Shown: positions 19,401-28,438, numbered from the stretch's first letter. The stretch: 32,000 nucleotides of DNA from Kiritimatiella glycovorans (GCF_001017655.1 NZ_CP010904.1:1170001-1202000), one strand, 5' to 3'. Notes: generated from the letters alone by a model not told the origin. Program-made: numbers and translations.

Positions 19401-19451
19401 GCCTTCACGCATGGGTTCAGTACGAGTACCGCTTCGCTGAGTACGAGTACG
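19401..19451 (+). repeat. mosaic intergenic repeat, fragment C
   Basis: 33 nt (19419-19451, agtacgagtaccgcttcgctgagtacgagtacg) are identical to 811-843 of copy A. It is preceded by ccttcac..atg, as in copy A. Confidence 0.75.
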
Positions 19452-19498
19452 ATTTTTTCCGGGTGTCCCCGTGTGGAACTCAGGTGCTCCCCGAATGA

Positions 19499-20629
<1,131 letters not shown>

Positions 20630-20690
20630 GTCTGCCCACTCGGAACTGCCGGTACGTCCGCCCCTCCGTCTCCAGAACGGACAGGTTTGG

Positions 20691-21542
20691 ATGAGGCGAC
20701 GGCGAACGAAAGCAATGGGAATCGCGCTGCTGGCGGCCGCGCTGGCGGCGGGGCTCTGGCTGCTGCCCGCCCCGGCCGTACGGCCGCTCAAGGGCGCCGC
20801 CCGCCGTCTCGTCACGCCCGTCCAGTCCGTCCTGATCCGCGGCGCCGCCCGGGTCCGTGAGGGCTGGCGGACGGTGCGCGGCATGGGGGGGCTGGTCGAA
20901 CGCTATCAGCAGCTCTCGGAAGAGATCGTGGAGCTGCAGACCGACCTGCGCGCCATGGAGACCCTGGAGCGCGAGAACCGGGAACTTCGCGAACAGCTCG
21001 CCTTCTTCCGGAGTACCGGGCGGCCGATGATCGCCTGCGAAGTCGTGGGCCGCGGAATCAGCGGCTGGTGGCGCACCCTGCGACTCAACCGCGGATCGCG
21101 CGACGGCGTCCGGCCGGGACGCGCCGTGGTCTCCCCCGACGGCCTGGTGGGCAGTACCGCAGAGGTGAACGCCATGTCCTGCGAAGTGCGGCTGCTCTCG
21201 GATCCCTCCTCCTGGATCTCCGCGCGCCTGGTTCGGGCGGGGTCGTACGGGGTCGTGAAAGGACGCGGCTCGGAAGGGGGGCGGCCCACCTGCAGGATCG
21301 AATTCATCAACAAGGACGTCGAGGTGCGGCGCGGCGACACGGTGGTGACCTCGGGGCTCGGGGGCATCTACCCCGAAGGGCTCGTGATCGGCTACGTGGA
21401 GGAGGTCCGCACCGATCGGTCGGGCCTGTACCAGTCGGCCGGCGTCGTACCTAAAGCGGATCTGGGCAGACTCCGCTTCGCCTTCGTCCTCGGCGCGAAA
21501 AAACCGCCGTCTCCGGAACCGCTGCAGGGAGGTGCCCCGTGA
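20691..21542 (+). CDS. mreC: rod shape-determining protein MreC
   Basis: N-terminal TM, a coiled coil (LQTDLRAMETLERENRELREQLAF), a beta-barrel region (VVSPDGLVGSTAEV..., VVTSGLGGIYPEGLVIGYV), and its position after mreB. Confidence 0.85.
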   Translation: MRRRRTKAMGIALLAAALAAGLWLLPAPAVRPLKGAARRLVTPVQSVLIRGAARVREGWRTVRGMGGLVERYQQLSEEIVELQTDLRAMETLERENRELREQLAFFRSTGRPMIACEVVGRGISGWWRTLRLNRGSRDGVRPGRAVVSPDGLVGSTAEVNAMSCEVRLLSDPSSWISARLVRAGSYGVVKGRGSEGGRPTCRIEFINKDVEVRRGDTVVTSGLGGIYPEGLVIGYVEEVRTDRSGLYQSAGVVPKADLGRLRFAFVLGAKKPPSPEPLQGGAP

Positions 21543-22030
21543 GACGTATCTGGCTCGTCCCCGCCGTATGGCTCGCCGCCGTGCTGGAGAGCGGCCTTCC
21601 CGTTATGGGCGTGTTCCCCGAATGGCGGGTGCCGCTGCTCTGGGGGTTGACCGCGGCCGCCGCGCTGACATGGCCGCTGAAGCCGCTGCTCGCCCTGGCG
21701 GCCGTGACGGGGCTGCTTCGCGATACGCTTGATCTGGGTCCGCCCGGAGGTTCGGTCGCGGGATTCGTGATCGCCGCCCTGCTGATCTGGCGTATCCGAC
21801 GTCATACGCTGACCGAGCAGTTCGTCACCCAGATGGTGTGCGGCGCCCTGGGGGTCGTGCTCGCCGGAATGGTTTACGTGATCTGGCAGGCCGGCGCAGG
21901 CGACATGGTGCTCATGCGGCGCGCCTGGCTGCAGCTGGGCCGTGCCGCGCTGGCGGGCGCCCTCGTCGTCCCCATCCTGTTCCGTATCATGCGCCCTGCG
22001 CGCGGTGCACTTCCGGGAGAGGGGTCATGA
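21539..22030 (+). CDS. mreD: rod shape-determining protein MreD
   Basis: 163-aa polytopic membrane protein. Its GTG start overlaps the mreC stop (GTGA). The call rests mainly on size and position between mreC and mrdA. Confidence 0.7.
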   Translation: MRRIWLVPAVWLAAVLESGLPVMGVFPEWRVPLLWGLTAAAALTWPLKPLLALAAVTGLLRDTLDLGPPGGSVAGFVIAALLIWRIRRHTLTEQFVTQMVCGALGVVLAGMVYVIWQAGAGDMVLMRRAWLQLGRAALAGALVVPILFRIMRPARGALPGEGS

Positions 22031-23862
22031 AAATGCGCCTGCGGACAGGCGGTCCCGCCGGACCGCTCCGGTTATACCTCGTAGGCGCGGCGATGGGCCT
22101 CGGACTGCTCGTGCTGGCCGTGCAGCTCTTCCGGCTGCAGGTGCACCGCAGCGGGCATTACCGGGACCGCATGGAGCGTCAGAGCCTGCGGCGCATCCGC
22201 ATGCCCGGCCTGCGCGGAAGGATCAGCGACCGCCACGGCGCACCCCTGGCCGACAACCGCGCGGTCTATCACCTCGCGCTCTACCCGGAGGAGATCCGCC
22301 AGATCAGCGGCCGGCGCGACGTGGTCGAGGCCTCCATGGAGCGGATCGCACGGATCGGAACCATCCTCGGACGGCCCGCGCAGGTGGACGAGGAGGATCT
22401 GCGCACCCACCTCTACAAACGCCGCCCGCTCCCGCTGATCGTCTGGCGCGATCTCGACGCGGCGGCCGTGGCGCACTGGTCGGAACAGGTCGCCGATAAG
22501 CGCGGCATGGGACTCTACCCGGTCGCCTGGCGCCGCTATCCCGCGCATGACGTGGCCGCGCACCTGATCGGGTACGTGGGACGGGCCGATCCGCCCGCGG
22601 ACGGCGAGAACCCCTACGATTACTACCTCCCGGAGATGGAGGGGCGGCGGGGCATCGAGGCGACCTGCGACGAATTGCTGCAGGGCGCGGCCGGCGGGAA
22701 ACTGGTGCGCATCGAAGTCTCGGGATACCGCCACGAAGTGGTCGCCGAACGACCGCCGCTGCGGGGGGGGGACGTGCGCCTGGCGATCGACATCGACATT
22801 CAGCGGGCCGCGCACGAGGCCCTCGGTGCGATCCCCGGCGCGGTCGTGGTGGCCGATCCGCGCAACGGCGACATCCTGGCGATGGCCAGTGCGCCGGGAT
22901 TCGACCTGAACGACTTCATTCCCGCCATTCCCGCGGACCTGTGGGCGTCGCTGCGCAAGAATCCCGACCGGCCGCTGGTGAACCGGGCCGTCGCCGGAGC
23001 CTATCCGCCCGGCAGCACCTTCAAACCCGTCGTCGCCCTCGCGGCCATGCAGCGCCGGCCGTCGCTGGCGCGGGAGATCTACGACTGCCCGGGCTACCTG
23101 AAGCTGGGGCGCGCCGTGTTCCACTGCTGGAAGCGCGGGGGACACGGCCGCCTCAGCCTGCGGCAGGCGATCGAGCATTCCTGCAATGTGTATTTTTTCC
23201 GGCTCGGCATGGAGGTCGGGCCGGAGGTGATCGCCGCCAATGCACGGGCCCTCGGACTCGGCGAGCGAACGGGGATCGAACTGCGCGCCGAAAGCCCGGG
23301 ACTGGTTCCCGATCCGGAATGGAAGCGCGAACGGTACGGCGCGCCGTGGACGAAGGGCGACACCTGCAACTACGCCATCGGGCAGGGGTTCCTGCTGACG
23401 ACCCCGCTCCAGATGGCGATGGTCGCCTCGGCCCTCGCCAACGGAGGCACGGTCTACGAGCCGCGCCTGGTGCTGGGGCGCCGTCCCGCCGACGCCCGCG
23501 ACTTCGACCCGGAGCCCGTCCGCCGGGTGGGCACGATGAACTGGCTCGAACTGCCGCTCGACCTGGTACGCGCGGGCATGCGCGATGTCATCATGTCGCC
23601 GCGCGGCACCGGGAAGCGCGCGCGCGTCGACGGCCTCGTCTATGCCGGCAAGACGGGCACGGCGGAATACGGTCGTAAGGAGGAAGGAAAAAAGAGGGGC
23701 TGGATGATCGCCTTCGCCCCCTACGAACAGCCGCGCTACGCCGTCGCGTTCGTGGTCGACGATGCGGACTCCGGCGGACGGACCGTCGGGCCGAAGATGC
23801 GGATGCTGATGGAGCACCTTTTCAACGGACCGGAGACCGGCGGGGAGGCGCACGATGCGTAA
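22027..23862 (+). CDS. mrdA: penicillin-binding protein 2 (elongasome transpeptidase)
   Basis: The ATG at 22027 overlaps the mreD stop. N-terminal TM, then STFKP (SxxK), SCN (SxN) and KTGT motifs in order. Confidence 0.9.
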   Translation: MKMRLRTGGPAGPLRLYLVGAAMGLGLLVLAVQLFRLQVHRSGHYRDRMERQSLRRIRMPGLRGRISDRHGAPLADNRAVYHLALYPEEIRQISGRRDVVEASMERIARIGTILGRPAQVDEEDLRTHLYKRRPLPLIVWRDLDAAAVAHWSEQVADKRGMGLYPVAWRRYPAHDVAAHLIGYVGRADPPADGENPYDYYLPEMEGRRGIEATCDELLQGAAGGKLVRIEVSGYRHEVVAERPPLRGGDVRLAIDIDIQRAAHEALGAIPGAVVVADPRNGDILAMASAPGFDLNDFIPAIPADLWASLRKNPDRPLVNRAVAGAYPPGSTFKPVVALAAMQRRPSLAREIYDCPGYLKLGRAVFHCWKRGGHGRLSLRQAIEHSCNVYFFRLGMEVGPEVIAANARALGLGERTGIELRAESPGLVPDPEWKRERYGAPWTKGDTCNYAIGQGFLLTTPLQMAMVASALANGGTVYEPRLVLGRRPADARDFDPEPVRRVGTMNWLELPLDLVRAGMRDVIMSPRGTGKRARVDGLVYAGKTGTAEYGRKEEGKKRGWMIAFAPYEQPRYAVAFVVDDADSGGRTVGPKMRMLMEHLFNGPETGGEAHDA

Positions 23863-24991
23863 AGCCTCCATCCCGGGCCGCCTCGCCGCGCTGGACTGGA
23901 TCGGCGCGTGCGCGATCCTGCTGCTGATGGCGGCGGGATGCCTGTTCATCTACAGCGCGTCCGACGCGCTGGGCAGCGCTTCGCTGTTCCGGCGCCAGCT
24001 GATGTGGTGCGTGATCGGTCTCGTCTGCTTTGCGGGGGTGGCCCTGATCGATTACCGCATGCTGCGCAAGTACGCCGCCCCCGTCTACCTCGCGGCGCTG
24101 GCCGCGCTCGTGCTGGTGCTCTTCGTCGGAAAGTCCGTCTACGGCGCGAACCGCTGGATCTCGATCGCCGGAGTCCAGATCCAGCCCTCCGAACCGGCCA
24201 AGCTCGCGCTCGTGCTGACCCTCGCCGCGTGGCTCAGCGATCCCGGCCGCGACCCCGAATCCCCGTGGACGCTCTGGGGCGCGCTCGCACTCACGGCGCC
24301 GCCGTTTCTGCTCGTCGCGCTGGAACCCGATCTCGGGACGGCGATGGTCTTCGCCCCGCTCTGCCTGGCCATGGCCTTCGCCGGCGGCGCGCGGCTCCGC
24401 GACTGGACGGGACTGGTGCTCTTCGGCCTCGCCGCCGTGGCGGGACTGGTCCTCTGGCTGAAATTTTTCCCGGACCAGTGCCCCTTTCTCACGGAGTACC
24501 AGACGAACCGTATTCTCGTGTTCGTCGACCCCGGCCGCGACCCCCTGGGCGCGGGCTGGAACAAGCTGCAGTCGGAAATCGCCGTCGGCTCCGGCGGCTG
24601 GTTCGGTAAAGGCTATATGCAGGGGACCCAGAACGTGCTGGGGTTTCTGCCGAAAACCGTCGCGCCCACCGACTTCATCTTTTCGGTGCTGGCCGAGGAG
24701 TCGGGGTTTGCCGGGGCGCTGATCGTGATCGGACTGTACGGCGTCCTGCTGGCGCGCTGCGGCCGCGCCGCGCTGCGCGCCCGCGACGCGTTCGGACGCC
24801 ATCTCGCGACGGGGGTGACCGTGCTGCTGTTCACCCATGTGTTCGTCAATATCGGGATGACCGTGGGGCTGATGCCGATCACGGGTCTCCCGCTGCCGCT
24901 GCTGAGTTACGGAGGAAGTTTTATGGTGAGTACGATGATGGCCCTCGGGCTGGTGCAGAGCGTCTACGTGAGACGCCGGCGCAGGGCGTGA
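23855..24991 (+). CDS. rodA: SEDS-family peptidoglycan polymerase RodA
   Basis: FtsW/RodA/SpoVE family features (QPSEPAKL, TDFIFSVLAEE, PLPLLSYGGS). 8-nt overlap with the mrdA 3' end. Confidence 0.9.
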   Translation: MRKASIPGRLAALDWIGACAILLLMAAGCLFIYSASDALGSASLFRRQLMWCVIGLVCFAGVALIDYRMLRKYAAPVYLAALAALVLVLFVGKSVYGANRWISIAGVQIQPSEPAKLALVLTLAAWLSDPGRDPESPWTLWGALALTAPPFLLVALEPDLGTAMVFAPLCLAMAFAGGARLRDWTGLVLFGLAAVAGLVLWLKFFPDQCPFLTEYQTNRILVFVDPGRDPLGAGWNKLQSEIAVGSGGWFGKGYMQGTQNVLGFLPKTVAPTDFIFSVLAEESGFAGALIVIGLYGVLLARCGRAALRARDAFGRHLATGVTVLLFTHVFVNIGMTVGLMPITGLPLPLLSYGGSFMVSTMMALGLVQSVYVRRRRRA

Positions 24992-25020
24992 ATGTGAGCG
25001 ATACAAGGAAAGGAAGAGTC

Positions 25021-26607
25021 ATGCTGAAGAAGATATCCAAAAAAATAGCCGGGGATCGTAGAATGCCGAGAGAAGTTGTCATCAATGTGGAGAAACTGGA
25101 GACACGCGTCGCCGTGCTCGAAGAAGGCCAGCTCGAGGATTTTCATATCGAGCGGTCGGAGACCGAGCGACTGGTCGGCAGCATCTTCAAGGGGAAAATC
25201 CAGAACCTTGAGGACGGGCTGCAGGCGGCGTTTGTCGATATCGGTCTCAAAAAGAACGCCTTCATCCATTACTGGGACATGATCCCCGAAGATGCGGCCC
25301 GCCTCGAACGGGCCGACGGGGGCGGGCGCGGACGCGGCGGGGGACGCCGGAAGAAGTACAAGCCCGGCGAGATGCAGAAAATCCATCCGGTAGGGTCCGA
25401 GATCGTGGTGCAGGTCACCAAGGACGCCATCGGCACCAAGGGGCCGCGCGTCACCGCCAACCTCAGTGTCCCCGGCCGCTACCTCGTCATGATGCCCGGC
25501 AGCAGCCTGAAAGGCATCTCGCGCAAGATCGACGACTCGAAGGAAAGGGCCCGGCTGAAGAAGATCCTCGCCCGGCTGCCGCTCCCCGAGGACGTCGGCG
25601 TGATCGTACGCACGGCCGGGCTGGGCACCCGCAAGACCTCGTTCGTGCGCGATGTGCGCACGCTGCTGGAAATATGGACGGAGATCGAGAAGGGAATCCG
25701 GGAGCATCCCGCCCCCTGCCGACTCTACCAGGAACCCAACCTCGCCGAGCGTACCGTGCGCGACCTGCTTACGGAGGACATCGACCGCATCTATATCGAT
25801 GACCGGCACGAATACGAACAGCTGCGTCAGCTCGTGGCGCGCTTTTCGCGCCGCGCCAAAGGCAAAGTGCAACTCTACGAGGGATCGGCGCCGGTCTTCG
25901 ACTACTTCGAGGTCGAAAAGCAGATCGAGAACGTCTTCAAAAAACGGGTCTGGCTGAAGTCGGGGGGATACCTCATCTTCGACGAAACCGAGGCGCTGGT
26001 GGCGATTGATGTGAATACCGGCCGGCACAAGGGTTCAAAGACACAGGCCGAATCGATCCTCGAGGTCAATAAGGAGGCGGCCCAGGAGGTCAGCCGCCAG
26101 GTGAGGCTGCGCAATATCGGGGGGCTGCTGGTGGTCGATTTCATCGACATGAAGAGCAAAAAGGACCAGCAGGCGGTCTACCGGATGCTGAAGGAGGGCC
26201 TGAAAAAGGATAAGGCCCGCACCAACGTCCTGCCGATTTCACAGCTCGGACTGCTCGAGATGACGCGTCAGCGGGTTGAGGAGAGCGTGCGCGACACGAC
26301 GCGGACGGACTGCGCCTACTGCGAAGGACGCGGAAAGGTCAAATCGCCGCTGAGCATGAGCGTCGAGATCCAGCGCCGGATCAGCGCGATCCTGCGCGAC
26401 AAGCGCGTCTCCCATAACCTCAAGGTGAAGGTCAATCCGAGTATCCTCGACCGTTTCCGGAAAGAGGACGAAGAGGACCTGCTCGATCTCGAGCACCGGT
26501 TTAACGGACACCTGACCTTCGTTTCGGACCCCCACCTCCACATGGAGGACTTCATGATCACCAGAGAAGACGACGGCGAAGTGCTGTTCCGGGCGCACGA
26601 AGGGTAG
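25021..26607 (+). CDS. rng: ribonuclease E/G family protein (RNase G size)
   Basis: S1 domain (GSIFKGKIQNLEDGLQAAFVDIG), a catalytic region (AIDVNTG, RNIGGLLVVDFIDM) and a CAYCEGRG zinc-link. The ATG at 25021 is preceded by aggaaaggaag. It follows the mre genes, as rng does in E. coli. Confidence 0.88.
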   Translation: MLKKISKKIAGDRRMPREVVINVEKLETRVAVLEEGQLEDFHIERSETERLVGSIFKGKIQNLEDGLQAAFVDIGLKKNAFIHYWDMIPEDAARLERADGGGRGRGGGRRKKYKPGEMQKIHPVGSEIVVQVTKDAIGTKGPRVTANLSVPGRYLVMMPGSSLKGISRKIDDSKERARLKKILARLPLPEDVGVIVRTAGLGTRKTSFVRDVRTLLEIWTEIEKGIREHPAPCRLYQEPNLAERTVRDLLTEDIDRIYIDDRHEYEQLRQLVARFSRRAKGKVQLYEGSAPVFDYFEVEKQIENVFKKRVWLKSGGYLIFDETEALVAIDVNTGRHKGSKTQAESILEVNKEAAQEVSRQVRLRNIGGLLVVDFIDMKSKKDQQAVYRMLKEGLKKDKARTNVLPISQLGLLEMTRQRVEESVRDTTRTDCAYCEGRGKVKSPLSMSVEIQRRISAILRDKRVSHNLKVKVNPSILDRFRKEDEEDLLDLEHRFNGHLTFVSDPHLHMEDFMITREDDGEVLFRAHEG

Positions 26608-26617
26608 GGGAACACCA

Positions 26618-26695
26618 TATCGGGATTCACCATGAAGGCCATGAAGAGCATGAAGGCTGGTTGAGGGGGGTGAACATAATTCGTACTCTTACTCG
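26618..26695 (+). repeat. mosaic intergenic repeat, copy D (5' part only, interrupted)
   Basis: Matches copies A and B from gggattcaccatgaagg through ggttgaggggggtgaacataattcgtactc..ttactcg. Homology then stops abruptly where the lower-GC insertion begins. Confidence 0.75.
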
Positions 26696-26710
26696 CGAAA
26701 ATTAGCGTGT

Positions 26711-26742
26711 CGGGGCCGGCCCGGCGGGCACGGTCTTTTCAT
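26711..26742. repeat. left subterminal inverted repeat of the IS
   Basis: gggcacggtcttttcat (26726-26742) is the perfect reverse complement of 28581-28597. A GC-rich imperfect extension (ggccggcc) lies on both sides. Confidence 0.8.
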
Positions 26743-26824
26743 ATGGGCGGCGATTCCGAGCTTCGGGGGGCGCTGGAATGAGTGCCGGACTACTATGACT
26801 GACAAGATAAAGGGCTCGAGGAAG

Positions 26825-26974
26825 CGGTTCGATTACGTGTATCCGAGTAAGTGTTGCGGTGAAGAAAGCGGTTAAGGGTTCGTGGAAGTGTATGGAGGGC
26901 GCAGTCCACACTTCAGCGGACCCTTCGTCGCCCCCTTAACCGCCACCTTTACTCGGATACGCTTAATCGATCCG
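26825..26974 (-). ncRNA. candidate bridge/seek guide RNA: 150-nt imperfect hairpin in the IS 3' non-coding region
   Basis: The 26-position outer stem (26825-26850 / 26949-26974) has 2 mismatches and 1 G-T. Inside are an 11-bp stem gcggttaaggg/cccttaaccgc, a 7-bp stem gaagtgt/acacttc and two asymmetric internal loops. The strand is assumed to be that of the transposase. Confidence 0.4.
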
Positions 26975-26986
26975 TCGTACTTCTGA

Positions 26987-26999
26987 CACGGTCTTTTCA
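26987..26999 (+). repeat. internal third copy of the inverted-repeat core
   Basis: cacggtcttttca is identical to 26729-26741, in the same orientation and 258 bp further in. Confidence 0.7.
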
Positions 27000-27409
27000 A
27001 AATTTGGGGGCACCCATTAGAGGTTCCGGTCAAACACAAAAGTCCCCTTCGTGCCGCTGATCAAGCGGCTTCCCTTCATGCCTTGTTTTGATCGGATTCA
27101 ACCGTCGCCTCAACCGTTGCGTTCCGTACCGTGGTTTTCGTTTGCGGTTGTTTCAGTCACCCATCTGGTTTTTAGGTGAGGGCGAATCTTTTCCAGATCC
27201 ATGGCCGCCACCCGTTCTCGTATTGGAGCCAGAAAACCGTTTGTTCCCGCTCGTTGCCTATTCAGTCACCGTGGTTCATCTGCACGCAGACTTCCAGACC
27301 CTTGAAGGCTGACGACAGGACAGACCGCAAAAGCTGAAGCGATGCCGCCGGTTCCAATCAGTCCGCTGATTTAAGCAGACCCCTAGCCGGTTCCCGGCAG
27401 CATCGGGTT

Positions 27410-28438
27410 TTAAAACAACATTCCCATTACATATTCCTCCCCGTTCATGACATGCCAAACGGCTTTGGACAATTTTGCCGCCAAGGCCTTCTTCGCCACA
27501 ATCGCGTTGCGCTTTTTCTTCTTCCGGTCATACCAGGATTGAATCTCCGGATAAAAGCGCGGAGCGAAGCTCGCGGCTTCAACGAAAGCCCATGCGAGAA
27601 ACGGATTGCCGTTGCGCTTATTGTTCTCACCTTTCTTCCTGCTGTTGGAACTTCGCTCACTTTTGACGGCGCGGCAGTAGGAGGCGTAGCATCCCGCGTT
27701 CGGGAAGCGGGCGAAGTTGCCGCTTTCAAGCACGATGGTCATCCCAAGCGCCTTCCCGATGCCCGGCACGGTCTGAACCTGTTCAAACGATGGGTTGGGC
27801 TCAATAAACCCCAGCACCGCTGATTCGATCTGTCCGGCCAGCCGCTCACTGCACTGGACCGCCTCAAGCAACGTGCGGAGTTGAAGCTGTACGAACGGAT
27901 CAAGGCCCGTCGCCTCGACATCCGCCTGCGTCCACTGCTGAAGAGCACGCGATCCCGGCGCCTTGAATCCGTAACGCTCCAGCAGGCTTTGCAGGCTGAG
28001 CATAACCTGGGTGCGCCGCCTGACAAACAGCTGTCGGCGTCGAAGCGCGTCGCGAATCGAACGAACCTCCTTCGGATAAATGTAGCTCTCCGGGAAAATA
28101 TCCAATCGGAGCAGTTCGGCCAGCCAACGAGCATCCGATGCGTCATCGGCATGTTTCAACCCCTTGTACTGTTTCATCTTCGCCGGATTCCCCAATCGCA
28201 CGTCCCGGTTCTGCTCACGCAAGCCGTCCACCAGCCAGTACCAGTTGAACGTGGACTCAATCCCCATCGCCTGAACCTGCGGCCAGTAGGGATCCATCGC
28301 CTCATTGACTGCATCGAGCGTGGTTCGTACCCGCCGCCGGAAGACTTCCGTGCCTTCCCGGTCGCAAATCGAGAGAAAAACATTGTTTCCATGCAGGTCG
28401 GCTCCTGCGTACAATTCCTTTGCGCTGGTCGTTTGCAT
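27410..28438 (-). CDS. IS110-family transposase (DEDD/RuvC-like N-domain plus Transposase_20 C-domain)
   Basis: 342 aa. The motif series GADLHGNNVF, GIESTFNWYW, KHADDASDARWLAELLR, VPGIGKALGMTIVLESGNFARF and NGNPFLAWAFVEAA is typical of IS110/IS116/IS902 transposases. aaggag lies 9 nt upstream of the ATG. Confidence 0.93.
   Translation of the reverse strand: MQTTSAKELYAGADLHGNNVFLSICDREGTEVFRRRVRTTLDAVNEAMDPYWPQVQAMGIESTFNWYWLVDGLREQNRDVRLGNPAKMKQYKGLKHADDASDARWLAELLRLDIFPESYIYPKEVRSIRDALRRRQLFVRRRTQVMLSLQSLLERYGFKAPGSRALQQWTQADVEATGLDPFVQLQLRTLLEAVQCSERLAGQIESAVLGFIEPNPSFEQVQTVPGIGKALGMTIVLESGNFARFPNAGCYASYCRAVKSERSSNSRKKGENNKRNGNPFLAWAFVEAASFAPRFYPEIQSWYDRKKKKRNAIVAKKALAAKLSKAVWHVMNGEEYVMGMLF

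Noticed and set aside
26824-26840. gcggttcgatta resembling a tRNA T-arm/T-loop
   Set aside because: The flanking sequence cannot form a matching T-stem, acceptor, D or anticodon arm. The segment is instead one arm of the long IS hairpin. No tRNA was found anywhere in the window.
27088-27312. 74-aa ORF (TTG start) and the 60-aa ORF 27276..27458 inside the IS 3' non-coding region
   Set aside because: Neither has an ATG or a ribosome-binding site, the composition is implausible, and there is no similarity I can recognise. I treat the region as non-coding.
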